Below are positions 13,600 to 25,739 of a stretch of DNA of 64,000 bases, in pieces; the first letter of the stretch is position 1, and the number at the start of each line of letters is the position of its first letter. The position numbers and the translations under genes are program-made. This DNA comes from Takakia lepidozioides (lineage: Eukaryota > Plantae > Bryophyta), in NCBI GenBank assembly GCA_030704615.1, contig CM060733.1, forward strand, positions 40,548,001 to 40,612,000, given 5' to 3'. Under the pieces are notes generated by a model that was given only the letters and a program-made list of their open reading frames with translations, was not told where the DNA came from and did not search any database.

Positions 13600-14905
13600 G
13601 CAACATGGCTGGCCTCATTGGTGCAGTCCGATGGGGTTGCCAATGAGGGAGAGCACGTGGTGTTCATGAAGGACCCGAACACCAAAGGTAAGAAGAAGAG
13701 GTCTCGACCTCCCGAGATCCCTTGTACCATCAATGAAGGGGCTGCCGAGGAGAGAGAGAGAAGGGAGCGGGAGAAGGAGAGAGAGGAAGTAGCGGGGAAG
13801 GGGAATGAGATGGTCGTGGAGAGTTGAAGGAAAAGAAGAAGAAGAAGAAGAAGTCCCATGGAGAGGAAGGGGTGAGTGTGCATGCGGGGGAGGGCAGTGG
13901 GGTAACAAAGAAGCAGGGGAAGGAGGCTACAAAGAAGGGAGAGGGTGGGAGAAGAACATGGCCTTGGCGATAGAGGACGTGGAGTTGGCAAAGATCGTGA
14001 TGCCACCGGTGAAGGTGAATCGCCATGGTGACCCCTGCGGTGTGTTCGGGGAGGCTCTGAAGAAGCCAACCTTTGAGCTCGCAATGAGGTGGTTCCATTT
14101 GCACATTGAGTGGGCTGATCAGCACTTTGGCGCGAAGCGAGCGTATGCCTGTTAGTTACACCGCCGGTTTCCAGGCAATTGGAGTGACACAAGGGTGATG
14201 GAGATGGTGTGGCAAAACTTGAAGGACAGGAGGTACCGTGCCAGACAGATCATTCGGAGGGCAATGGAAAAGGGGGCCATACCCACAACGCTCCTGAATC
14301 ATTTCACCTTCCATTTGTCGCATGTGCATTAATGAGGTGGATTCGATGCAACGTATGTGTGTAATTCACTAATTTTGGGGGGGGGTAGGTATCGTGGGAT
14401 GCACTCATTGAGAATGATGCAGCAAACAAGGCCAAATTGGAGCGGGCACGCGAAGCAACAACAGTCCACCTTGACAAGCACGAAACCACACACAAGTGGG
14501 GCGCCGACGGATCCAAGGGTTTTATCTTGCGATTTGTAAGTCGTACTTCCCTATGTATTTTGTTATGTCTTCTTTCTGGCTCCATCATCGTGAAGAACTG
14601 ACTTTAATTTGTGGCATGTGTAGCAACGCGCGTTTGAGAGGAAGCCATCTCCGGTAGAGTACAACTACGCCAAGGAGCATGGTTGGCAATCCCTCATGAA
14701 GAACGTGGCCAACACGGAGGGGATGAGTGCACTACATGGCACTAGTATGGATGAGGGCGGGGGTCATGGCCAGGGATTGGATGAGAGCTCTGTGGGACTT
14801 AGGGGAATGTCGCCTCCTTTAGGTGCTCTGGCAAAAGGCGCGGAGTCATCAGGCTCATCGGATAGCTCTGAGTCCTCCACTGAGAATGAGGATGAGGATG
14901 ATTAG
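13600..14905 (+). pseudogene. Degenerate, probably intron-containing CACTA TnpA/ORF2-like coding remnants
   Basis: Coding-like stretch (…VKVNRHGDPCGVFGEALKK…WADQH…WQNLKDRRYR…) with a stop, GT-AG-bounded T-rich segments and an acidic tail. It lies upstream of a CACTA right end. Confidence 0.4.
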
Positions 14906-15179
14906 TCCTAGTCCATGTAGGTCCCAGGTTCAGCCTACTGAACCCTTGTAAGCTTTTCAGCTCATTTCTTGTAAATATATTTCCATATTTCCATCTTCCA
15001 TCTTCTTCATGTGTCGCACCGTCCTCACCCTCGATTCATGCTTGCTCAATTGTGTACCTGCTAAATCAGAGAAATGGAAGCTGTAAGGTCTCCCATCCCC
15101 CAAAACAAAACTAGGCAAAAAACAAAAACCACCCCCAATTCACCCCCAAAATCAACCCCCAACCCCCCCCCCACCAGGT

Positions 15180-17490
15180 TGGCCTCGCGTCTACAGGGCG
15201 TCGGAATTGGCGACGTGTTTTTTGGGAGGGGGTCGCAAGCCACGATGGCCGGGCGTCGCAAATCCCTTTTGCAGGCAGCAACGCCCGACCCCCCTCGCGA
15301 CTTGTTTTTTTGGTCCGGGGGTCGCAAAGCCGCGACGCACTGGCGTTGCGGATCCCACCACCCTGCCTGAGCCACGTGTTTTCATTTTTTGATTGAATAT
15401 AAAGAAAGCGATGCCAGAGCGTCGCGGAAACCCACGCCTGGGCGTCGCGGAGGCCAACTCCAGCTCCTCATGTTTTTTTTTTTTTCTGCCACGCCCAATA
15501 GTCGCTTGGCGTACCACTCGACTTACGCCGCGTGTTTTTGGTTTTAGGATGGGACTCCCGGGCAGGTTACAAAAAAAAAGGGATGCGACGCCATGTCGTC
15601 GCCCCCACCAATGTCATCGGTTGGAGGGCAGTGACGACGAGTCGTCGCTCGCAGGAGGCCCCTGCCATCGGCGTGGACGGCCCGAAAAGCGACATCCGGC
15701 AGTCGCGGGAGTGGGGGCGGGGGCTCGCGACCCCCATACGTCGCATTTTTGCGACTTCTTTTTGGCGACGCCCATGCAACGGTCGGGCATCGCAAATATG
15801 GCGCTTGCCCCGTGCCCGAAATGGGCGTTTTCCCAACGCCGCGGCGTGGCCCGGGCGTCGCAAAGGCCCCCCTTTTCTTTTAGTGCATGAACCCACAAAC
15901 TAGAAACATGCAAAGTCCGTAGCACTGCCTAGTGCAATAGAGAACACCATGCAAAAACAAGTCACCTTGCCCAAATGCGGTGAACATCACGCCAGCAACC
16001 TGCACCAAGCTGGCACATGAATTGACCCCACATTGAGGGCAATAATAGTGGGTCCTCTTGTGGCACTACCCACACAAACGCCTCAGAGGGCTGTGCAAGC
16101 TTTGTTAGCACCACCAACCACTGTATTTAATCTTCTGCTTTTTGTTTTTCCTTTGTTCATGCGTCCGATAGGTGAAGCCAACATTTGATAGCGCCAATAT
16201 TCATGCTCGGGTCACTAACAAAACATGTCAAATTATATGTGCAGATGAAAAAAGGTGACCAGGTGTAATTGTCCAACTGGGAGGATGAGTTGATCTATGT
16301 TGGCTGGGGAAGAATTCATGGGGTTTATGGCAGGAGCAAAGGCCACCACCCAAATGGACACTACTAGGTTTTTGTTGCAAGGTGCCTATATGCAACTTCA
16401 CTGGGGCTTGACAAACTACTGACCGCAAGTAGGAGCCAGTTCTGCGAGACTATATCAAGAATATTTGTGGAAGTACAAATATGTAGTGAAGATGATGTAA
16501 GACCTCTAGTACTGATTTTTGAGGTAGTACAGAGAGCTGAAAACCTTGGAGTGGGTAGGGGACGTTAGGCAGGGGTGGAAGAAAGCACTATCGATCTAGC
16601 ACATTTGCAAACGAATATTCTTAATTTAATGTAAGAGTAGTATTTTGATGTTAGTATGTTGTCAGACACTTTTACAGTTCAATGAAAATATTCCACTATT
16701 GAGTGAAATAGACAACAAATTGATTTTAATGCTTCACTATGTAGTGTTTGATTTCACTGTGCCTAGTCACTAATTTTAGTGAAAACAAATACTCCATAGT
16801 GAATCTTTACTGTTTGGTATTTTCATTCACTACAAAGGAGCACTAGTTGGTGTTACATCATACTAGATGGGTAGTGAATATATAGCCATGTATATTCACA
16901 ACATAGTGAAATAAAAAGACATGTTCCACTGCAAGGTATTATATTTAACTATATGTTGGATAACACGTTGACGGAATAGTGAAATTGTAGCCCAGAGATC
17001 AGTCACTATGTAGTAACTCTTATCAACTACAAGTTTAGACATGTCGTGTGCTAATCTACCACATAGTGAAAAATAATGGAACACATAGCCATAATTTCAC
17101 TAAAAAGTAATTAATTCAAGTGTAACTAGTTGAAGACGTGGCATGGGGTAGAATGCCATATAGTGAAACGTATCACTACCACGTGTACTATAATGAAACA
17201 TAGTCATGACACGTGTACTGATATAGTGAAATATTTTGACTGATCTCTATCCTAGTATAGTGAAATTGATCATTGCCACGTGTACACTCGTAGTGAAACA
17301 ATACATTGCCACCTGAAAACTCGACCATAGTGAAATATTTTCACTGACTGAAATGACTATCCACTTCACTTCAAGACGTGCTTGAAACGATGCACCTAAA
17401 ATGACTAGGGTGTCAGTTGTGAAACATGCCTGAAACGACTCAAAATGTAGTGAAAATGGGTAGTCGTAAAAACCAGATACTGTTGTAGTG
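15180..17490. mobile_element. Right-hand part of a CACTA (En/Spm) element: GCGTCGC/GCGACGC internal repeats, ATAGTGAA/TTCACTA sub-terminal repeats and TIR; left end not found in the window
   Basis: Ends …GTCGTAAAAACCAGATACTGTTGTAGTG at 17490 (reverse complement CACTACAACAG…, similar to the TIR at 49740). Dense ATAGTGAA motifs occur at 16700-17480. Confidence 0.75.
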
Positions 17491-17681
17491 AAGATTTTTT
17501 TTAAAGAAAAATCTGAACAAATGATGGGTTTTTTTCACACATGCCGCGACCTGTTTGGGGTCGCATAGGCAATTAATGGTTAAAGAAAGAGTAGCCATTT
17601 ATTTCTCACTAGCCAGCAAAGATTTAGGGCTAGATGATTACCTCATAATCCTTTAGCATAATATAACCATAGTGAAGGTTA

Positions 17682-18111
17682 TGTCATGGTTTTAGTCATG
17701 GTTATCTAGAATTACCTACTTCTAGTTAACTAGGACATTTTAGATATTTATATTTATATTTTGTGTGTTGGGACTTCATTTGGTCTCACATGCCAAGTGA
17801 GGTGTCGAGCCTCACTTGAGACATGGAGATAGGTTTTCCCCTTGTGAGTGTTGAGGAGGCTCATCTTCTTGTAGTTGAGCCTCCATGAGCTTCTCTCACC
17901 TCCATAGCTCTAGGTATTGAGAGGGAATGTGTTGAGGGCTTTGTAGGGTGGATTCCTTTAGCAAAGGTGCCCTTGGCTTGACTTAGTTTATGTGATAGAG
18001 TGGATTTCACTTGGAAGGACTAGGGCTTGTTCTTCATGTGATTGCTTCATGCTTGAGAGCTTTCATTGTCTTCTACTTCTCTCATTTCTCATCTCTTATC
18101 ACTACAAGAAG
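17682..18111 (+). repeat. 5' LTR (segment shared with the 3' LTR)
   Basis: Matches 34704-35132 with about 5 transitions and 2 small indels by manual comparison. Confidence 0.92.
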
Positions 18112-19399
18112 ATCACCTTATGCTTGTGAGTGTGGAGTGTAAGGATTAGTTTTGCACTTGTATTTTAAAGAGGTTGAGAGCTAGGAGAATTTAGCTCTTG
18201 TATCACAAGGCTTGCAAGGGGTTGCAAGGAAAGGTGCTCGAGTATTGCATGCACCAAGGAGTTGGAGAGCTTGAGAAGAAAGCTCTTGAGTTACAAGATT
18301 TTGCAAGGATTGTAAGGAGGAAGTCTTGCGTGTGTGGAAGCATGGATTCTAGGGTTTGAGAATCCTTTGTATGCATTATGGAGTCGATGGTGTGCGCCAT
18401 GGCTTGTGGAGAGTGACTAAAGGCTTGTTAGTGCTCATTTCACTATCAAGCTAGGGTTAAGCAAGTTCAAAGTGTGGATGTTGTGGAAGAGAAGCCAAGG
18501 AGCTATATATGCTTGGGCTTGAAGAGGCAAGCACTTGGAGAGCACTAAGAAGCTCAAGAGGTTTTGAAAGGGAGCATGTGAAGAAATCTTCCAATCATGG
18601 TGGTGTGGAGCCAAGCTTAGGGTGCCATTGGAAGGGCTTGGAGAACATGTGGTGGGAAATCCTTGAAGGGAAATCATCATTCAATGTATGCATAACTTCA
18701 CCCTAACTATGTAATGTGACAAGAGGGGGAGGCAATACTTGGCTATTCATGCTCTTGGTAGTGCGAGCTTTGTGGTAGATAGTTGACCAAGCAAGTGGTG
18801 CATGTGTGGAGCATGTTCGCTTGAGTTTGTAAGTTCAAGTTTGAGAAGGGGAGCTCTTGAACTAGCAAGAGATGAAGGCCTTTGAGATCCATTTGTGTGT
18901 GAAGTGGAGAGGTGTTGATTCATGTTATGATGAAGGAGAGCAACACATAGGCCAAGAGGTCATGAAACATGCATTCAAATGACCACGAGGAGCACATGGA
19001 TGATGGATTGGTGCAAGACCCCAAATGAGGCATATGGCGTGAGAGTGGGATCCAAGGCGGATTGCTTGGGAGCATTATTGTAGGTGACAAGCATTGCTCC
19101 TACACATTGAGATAATTTGTGTTGATTTGGAGCAATTGTCAAGTGATGAGGAGACAAATGTATGATTGCTCGGCAATGGAGATATGGTAGTTTGCAATCA
19201 AATCCCAAGGACTAGAAAGGGGATTGATTTGGTGGACAATGACTTGCAAGTTGAGTTGGACCACTCTTGGTTGCACATTGGGGTGGAAGAGAGCAAGAAG
19301 ATGCCTCTTATGACCACCTAGAGACCATATTTTTGCTTGAGTAGAAGCATAGAAGTCAAGGACTTGCATTCTAGCTCTTCATTATAAACCCTAGTAGTG

Positions 19400-19800
19400 T
19401 ATGCTCAGACTATACCTCTGTTAGTATACCAAACAGGAGCTTGTCCCTTTGACTATACCTCTGTTGAGGTATCACCATATGTGAACCCTAATGTGAGACT
19501 ATACCTTTGTTAGTATACCAAACATGAGCTTGTCCATTTTTCTATACCTCTATTGAGGTATCACCATATGTGAACCCTAATCAGCTCAGACTATACCTCT
19601 GTTAGTATACCAAACAGGAGCTTGTCCCTTTTACTATACCTCTGTTGAGGTATCACCATATGTGGACCCTAATCAGCTCAGACTATACCTCTGTTAGTAT
19701 ACCAAACAGAACCCTCATTTTCAGACTATACCTCTGTAAAGGTATCATCAACGTAAGGGACCCTAGCAACCTCAGACTATACCTCTGTTAAGGTATCAAC
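19400..19800 (+). repeat. Tandem repeat (~90 bp unit made of two ~45 bp halves) in the Gypsy 5' untranslated region
   Basis: ACTATACCTCTGTT-type core repeated about 9 times, followed mostly alternately by AGTATACCAAAC and GAGGTATCACC. Confidence 0.9.
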
Positions 19801-20613
19801 AGTGAAAGGACTTAGTGAAATTTAAGGGCCTTTGGAGGATTGTTTGGAAGATATTTGAGGGCCCTTGGAAGAGTATTTGGAGGATCTTTGGGGTCCTTAG
19901 AGGAGTGTTTGGAGGATCTTTGGGGTCCTTGGAGGACCCTTCGAGGAGCTTTGGTGGACAATGTTGAAGAGCTCTTGAAGGATTGATTGAGGGATATTGA
20001 AGGATACTTGCCACGGCCATACAAGCGAGTGGATAGAGACAGGAGGGAGAGTGGTGGGATGAGAGCATTCTGGGGTTAGGAATTGCTTTAGTTTCTCTTT
20101 TCCATAGTCTTTCACCCTCTCTGTAGGCCAAAACCTTTCCGTAGGTGGAGGCAAGAGTCAGTCCGGGTTTGGGCTGGGGTGTCCTTGCAGGAGCGACACT
20201 GTGGAGTGTTTTTGGTGTGGGGGAGTTGCTGTCTTGATTTTCTTGTGTTTGGATCTCCTCCACGCCTGCATGCTTGACTGTGCGCCATGTTAGCTTTATG
20301 TGGGCGTTTGTTTTCATAGGAGGTTGGTCCGGATTTGATCACTGGCCAATCCTAGAGTATGCTGTCGGTGGTGAGGCTGGAGTGATGACCAGCAAGACCA
20401 CCAGTGTTTCTTCTATGGTGAGGCTGGGTTGATGACCAGCAGACCATAGGAGTGTTTGCGGTGGATGCAGGTGCAGGTACAGGTCTACGTTAGAAACCTA
20501 TTATTCCTGCTTGAACCAGTAGCCGCAACAAGTTCTTTACCCGGTTACCTTGTAGAAAGTGGGGATTAGAGACAGGTTGACAACCGGTTGGGTTGTGAGT
20601 TTTCATCACGGAG

Positions 20614-22614
20614 GTGCCACTAGCTGCTGAGGGGAGTGCCGGTACAAGCACCAGCGATACTAGTGGGTACACAAGACAAGGTGTGCGGTTTAGGCCACGT
20701 TCACCTTCAGTGTCTTCTAAGGAAGGTTCAGACTCGGAGTCAGGAGGATTCTCGCCGAGGGTGCAAGTCATTTCCGTGCCATTGTTGTGGGACACGATGG
20801 AGGAGACGTATGGAGCTACCAAGGGGCCACGTAGGTACTCTGGAGCTGTGGGCACCATCGAGCTTGATGACTTTATACAAGAGTTTGACAGTTGGCGTGA
20901 TTTGCAGCAAATGCGCAATCCACAATTGTTTACGCCCTTTATGGCGTGGAAGGGGCTATTCCAGCACCTTGAGGGGCCGCCCATGGATGATTACCATGAA
21001 TTTAGGCGGGGACATGCGGTGGAGATTGAGGAGTGGCGAGAGTATTGGTCACCTAACTATGTCTCAATTACTAGAGGCACAAGGGCAGCGGTGACACCAA
21101 CAGCTACACAAATATCTCCAACTACAAGCACTAGTAGTGAAACAAGTAGTGCCGACACTTCTGCAGGTGGTACCAGTTCAAAAGGTGCTACTACTCCTCC
21201 TGCCACAATTACAACACATGTGCCTAGATTCAACCCGGTGGTGGAGTTCTTCCAGGAGTTGCGGAGGAACTACCAAGGTGTACGGACAGAGAAGCTGCGA
21301 AGTTTGCAAGACTTCCAACGCAAATCCAGTGAGAGCTTGCGAGAGGCCTACACTCGTATGAGGCGCTTGATAAGTGTGACCCAAGGGGTTACTGAAGCTC
21401 AGGCAGTCCAGTTCTGGTATGGAATTTTGGACAAGGAGCTCAAGAGAAGGGTGCGGGATGCAACCCTGTTACAAGCGGCCCAACCCACATTAGCGGATGT
21501 GTTTCTGCTGGCTGAATGGATTGAGCTCAACATGGTGGAGGAGCGAGTTGTTACCATTGGATTTGGCAAGGACATGCCTGCACGAGGTGCAGCTGCCAGC
21601 CCACAGACACAAGGGACTGCCCAACAGCGTGGTCAGGGGGGCAAGGTTTCCCAACCCAAGTTCCATGGAGCTTACAGGGGACCTCAGGTGCAGAGGCCCG
21701 TGGCATCTTTTGCAGGCCAACAACAACCAGGGGTGATATGTTGGACATGTGGAGGACCCCATGTCAAGAGAGATTGCCCAGAGAGTGGCAGAAGGCCGGC
21801 ACAAGCACAGCCTGCACAGTTGCAGTGTGGGCATTGTGGCAAGTATGGGCATGGAGATGCCTAGTGTTATGATTTGCATCCTGAGTTGCGCCCAGGCCAG
21901 TTCCAAGGGAACAATGGTGACCGGGGGCAAGGTGGACCAGTCCAGAGAGGACGAGGTGGTCGGGCACGAGGTGCAGGCCAAGGGCAAGCTCAACATGGCC
22001 AAGGACGCGGAGGTCAGGGTGTTGACCAAGACATGGCCAACCGGCTTTAGCAGCTAGAGTAGAGGCTCGATGCTATGGCTACAGCTCAGGTGGAACCGGC
22101 TCCCAGGCGGGATGGTCCACCTCCTGCTCCTGAGGGAGGAGATATGGGAGGCATGGGATTCATGTGTGGAGCGGCACTACCACTGGTGCAGGTGGAGTCT
22201 GCTGCAGCCGTGACTCGAGGAGCAGCACGAGTTCCTGAGCCACGAGGTGCAGAGGTGGAATTGGATCCACAGCGTGGGGAGGCAAGCCGTCAGGTGAGGC
22301 TTCCTCAGTCATTCACATTGGCGGAGACAGTGTCGACCCCATCCATGGCATCTAGTTCTCGCCCGACTGTTACCGAGGCGGAGGTTACTATGCCATTGGG
22401 GAGAGCTACACGTGCAGCACTAACACCTGCTACCAAGGCTAGTGCAACCGGTGTGTTATTGGGGGCAGCCACCTCTGTGTGTCAAGCCCCACTGTTCTCG
22501 GCAACCATGATTGTGACGCCGGGGGTAAGACCAGCTGCAGTGTTCAGACTAGCAACAACACTCTGCGAGAGTGGGAGGTCACTTCATCTTCTGCGGAGTT
22601 ACTGGAAGTTGTAG
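20614..22614 (+). pseudogene. gag: Retrotransposon gag with two zinc knuckles (two in-frame TAG stops)
   Basis: Capsid-like QRKSSESLREAYTRMRRL…QFWYGIL; knuckles CWTCGGPHVKRDC and CGHCGKYGHGDA*C. ORFs 20614-21864 and 22075-22614 share a frame. Confidence 0.88.
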
Positions 22615-23369
22615 TGGCAGAGGGATCCTCGGATTTGAGGGTCACAACTACCACGGCTGCGCCATGGCAAGCTGCAGCTACAAGGTTGACGGAGCTGCCA
22701 GCTAGGCCAGCCTTTGAGCGCGCCATGGTGACACCTGGAGTTGTCTTGTTAGACAACCAGGGAGACATTTTCACTTTGAGTGGACCGGTAGGCAAGAAGT
22801 ACCGGCCACTGCGGGTCTTGTTGGACTCAGGAGCTCAGCCACTGATGTTGGGCAGAGCTGCTATTGCAGGTTTGGGCCTCATGGAGGCGGATATAGAGCC
22901 TTGTCCTTTCCAGATACAGACATCTCTGGGAGGATCAGAGCAGGCTCGGGGCATGACACGACGTGAATTGGCCATTGGACTACAACCAGATCATCCTGTA
23001 GATGGCTCAGTGATGCAAGCCAAGGCCATTGTGACAGACGCGGTCTCTTACGATGTCCTTGTTGGTGGGGCAGTGTTATATCCCATGGGTTTCACCCTGG
23101 ACTTTTGGGAGGAGTCAGCATCCTACAGGCCTGGATGGCAGTCAGGGGATGGTCGTCGTGCACAGCTCCTTGTGACATTCATTGGGGGTATTGCGGCTAC
23201 CCAGCGGGGCAAGATGCCAATACTAGCCGCCTTTACAGCTGTAGTTAGTTGGCTTGGAGAGTTGCTGGAAGACAATGCCCATGCAGAGGATGTGCCACCT
23301 CCAGCAGAGCAGGATGACATGCATGGTACGGCGGAGTTGCCTACCATGGTTGCTCACACTCCATTATAG
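22479..23369 (+). CDS. Retropepsin-like aspartic protease region of pol
   Basis: VLLDSGAQ catalytic motif and YDVLVGGAVL closing motif. Confidence 0.88.
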   Translation: MSSPTVLGNHDCDAGGKTSCSVQTSNNTLREWEVTSSSAELLEVVVAEGSSDLRVTTTTAAPWQAAATRLTELPARPAFERAMVTPGVVLLDNQGDIFTLSGPVGKKYRPLRVLLDSGAQPLMLGRAAIAGLGLMEADIEPCPFQIQTSLGGSEQARGMTRRELAIGLQPDHPVDGSVMQAKAIVTDAVSYDVLVGGAVLYPMGFTLDFWEESASYRPGWQSGDGRRAQLLVTFIGGIAATQRGKMPILAAFTAVVSWLGELLEDNAHAEDVPPPAEQDDMHGTAELPTMVAHTPL

Positions 23370-23384
23370 GGTACGAGCAAGGAT

Positions 23385-24785
23385 TTGCAGCAGGCTGCTG
23401 ATGGACGGGTACAACAAGCCTGGGTAGAGGCCTTCGTACCGTCAGGAGAAGAGGAGAGTGTGGTGATTGCACTAGGACCACCTCAGTTGTCGCCATCGGA
23501 CACCACACCTCTTGTGTGGCAGTGCCCGGATGAAGGCATATGCCTTCTGGACTTGTTTGGCGGGATCAGCACTGGATTGGCTGCAGTACTGCAGGCAGGT
23601 ATACAAGTTCGACGTTACCTGTATGTGGAGAGGGATGAGACTGCACGACGCGTCTCACTATGCCATGTTGCTCAGTTGGTACAGCAGTACCCTGATTTGT
23701 TGCCAGTGTCTGCAGTTCGTGGATACCAACAAGCCTTGCCAGCAGACATTTCGTTGCTGGGGGTGCAGGATTTGGAGCGGGTTGGCTCCATTGATCTGGT
23801 AGTGGCAGGTTGGCCCTGCCAAGGGCATTCATCAGCCGGGCATGGCAATGGATTGCGAGACTCGAGGACAGGTCTGTTTTGGGAGATGGTGCGGATTTTG
23901 CGCCACTTGCAGCTTCATCAAGCTGTATCTCCAGCATACATCTTGGAGAATGTGCCACTGATGGGTGATTCTCGGGCCAAGGTGATGGCCAGTGTGCATC
24001 AAGTCCGGTCATGGCTTGGGTCAGCAGTGTTGCTGGATGCAGCTGCAGTGGGGTCATGGGCTCATCGTCCACGGCTATGGTGGACTAACTTGATGCCACC
24101 CGCACTGCTCAAGCGTGCATTTGATGGGGTGCAGCGGCCAGCACACCTCACAGTGGATAGCATTTTGGACACAGGGAGGCAGTCTCAACGTGTGAGACAC
24201 GATGACCGTTCGCCTTTGGCAGTGGTCAATAGGGTGGGTCAACCACGAGCAACATTACCTACACTGCTCAGCTTCCCAGGATCCCATGCTTTTCTGGATG
24301 GTGGACCTGGCCTCTTGTGGGATAGCCAATTGCAACAATTAGTGGAGCCCAATGCTGACGAGCGCGAGCGGGCGATGGGTTTTACCACAGGTACCACGGC
24401 GGTGCCATCTCTTTCTGAGGCATCACGTCGTCAGGTGTTGGGGCAAGCAATGGATCTCAACTTGACCTGGATTATCAGCTTGGCTATGGTTGAGCAGCGC
24501 AGAGTACGGAGTACACTTCCTTTCATGGTCTCCTTGCCTACCGAGACGGTACAGGCAGCGAGTGGGGGCGAGCAGGTGAGGACCACGAGGTGCAGGCCGC
24601 ATCCATGGCACACATGGGAGGTGCTCGAGGTTCAGAAGGAGTTGGCAGCCAAGGCGGCGGTAATGGATCAGGTTGGGGATTTTTCTCGGATTGAGGAGGT
24701 CCTCAAGGATGGGATGATGGGGCAGGATGAGACATTGTCACTGACAGAGGAGGTAGTGGTCACTGCTCAAGAGGTTGCAGCATAG
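23385..24785 (+). CDS. DNMT3-like C5-cytosine DNA methyltransferase domain inside the Gypsy pol (domain ~23541-24460)
   Basis: Motifs in canonical order: I LLDLFGGISTG, II RYLYVERD, IV DLVVAGWPCQGHS, VI YILENV, VIII AHRPRLWWTNL, IX ERERAMGF, X QVLGQAM. Same reading frame as PR upstream and the RT start downstream. Confidence 0.93.
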   Translation: MQQAADGRVQQAWVEAFVPSGEEESVVIALGPPQLSPSDTTPLVWQCPDEGICLLDLFGGISTGLAAVLQAGIQVRRYLYVERDETARRVSLCHVAQLVQQYPDLLPVSAVRGYQQALPADISLLGVQDLERVGSIDLVVAGWPCQGHSSAGHGNGLRDSRTGLFWEMVRILRHLQLHQAVSPAYILENVPLMGDSRAKVMASVHQVRSWLGSAVLLDAAAVGSWAHRPRLWWTNLMPPALLKRAFDGVQRPAHLTVDSILDTGRQSQRVRHDDRSPLAVVNRVGQPRATLPTLLSFPGSHAFLDGGPGLLWDSQLQQLVEPNADERERAMGFTTGTTAVPSLSEASRRQVLGQAMDLNLTWIISLAMVEQRRVRSTLPFMVSLPTETVQAASGGEQVRTTRCRPHPWHTWEVLEVQKELAAKAAVMDQVGDFSRIEEVLKDGMMGQDETLSLTEEVVVTAQEVAA

Positions 24786-24911
24786 CAACCACGGGACGCG
24801 TCTTCTACCTCTAAGCATGCTGGACTCAAGGTTGCAGTCACGGAGGACAACTGGGAGCCTGATGTTGGACCTATAGTCACCGGAGGAGAGAGACGACGTA
24901 TACGGCGGTTC

Positions 24912-25739
24912 TTGAGGGCTTACAGGAACTACTTTGCCTTCAGTTTGAAGGACTTAGGAGCACTGAAGGGTCAAGAGATTCGCATTGACTTGGCTACTGA
25001 CACGCCAATCTTTTGGAGACCCTATAGATACAGTGACACGGAGAGGTCCTTGATTCAGATGAGAACTCAGAACCTTTGGGAGGCTGGTTTGGTGGAGCTA
25101 TCTGGGGAGAGTATGCTTCAGCCACAGTGATGCCAGCCAAGAAGGATGTCTTTGGCAATTGGACGGAGAGACGTATGTGCGGTGATTACCGGCCTGTAAA
25201 TCGTCAGTCCAAGTCCGATATGTATGCCATGCCAACACTAGAGGAGATCTTTGATGCCATTGGGCATGCCAAGGTCTTTAGCACGTTGGCTTTACGATCC
25301 GGATATCACCGGTTGCCGATCAAGGAGGCGGATAAGCAAAAGACAGAATTCTGGGGGATCAATGAGCACGGGAAGGATTGCCTATACCAGTGGCGGTTCT
25401 TATCATTTGGGCTTAAGAACGCTCCGGCAGAGTTTCAGAGAGTCATGGACAAGATTCTAGCAGGGGTGGAGTTTGCTCGGTGCTACATAGATGACATCAT
25501 CATCTTTAGTGCTACGGTGGAAGAGCATGAGAGACACCTTCAGGGGGTATTTGAGCGCTTGAGGGCGCACGGATTGAAGTTACATCCGGGAAAGTGCAAG
25601 TTTTTCCACAACCAAATTAAGTATCTGGGTCACATGATATATCCTGGAGGATTGGGGGTACAACAGACTAAGGTAGAGTCCATTGCACAGGTTCCACGCC
25701 CCACGGATGTGAGCCGAGTTTGAGCTTTCATGGGGTTAG
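24912..25739 (+). pseudogene. Gypsy reverse transcriptase (one frameshift at ~25105, stop at 25721, then interrupted by CACTA)
   Basis: RMCGDYRPVN, FGLKNAPAEFQRVMD, CYIDDIIIFS, KCKFFHNQIKYLGH. Confidence 0.95.

Noticed and set aside
18100-18111. CACTACAAGAAG at the point where the two LTR copies diverge, as a CACTA TIR
   Set aside because: It is present in both LTR copies, and no matching inverted partner or TSD was found. Probably coincidental.
19400-19800. CRISPR-like regularly spaced repeats
   Set aside because: The 'spacers' are themselves repeated, no cas genes are present and the context is eukaryotic. It is a tandem repeat.
23385-24785. Bacterial restriction-modification methylase or contamination
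   Set aside because: It is in frame with the retroviral-type protease and RT inside an LTR element, has DNMT3-like signatures and has no cognate endonuclease.
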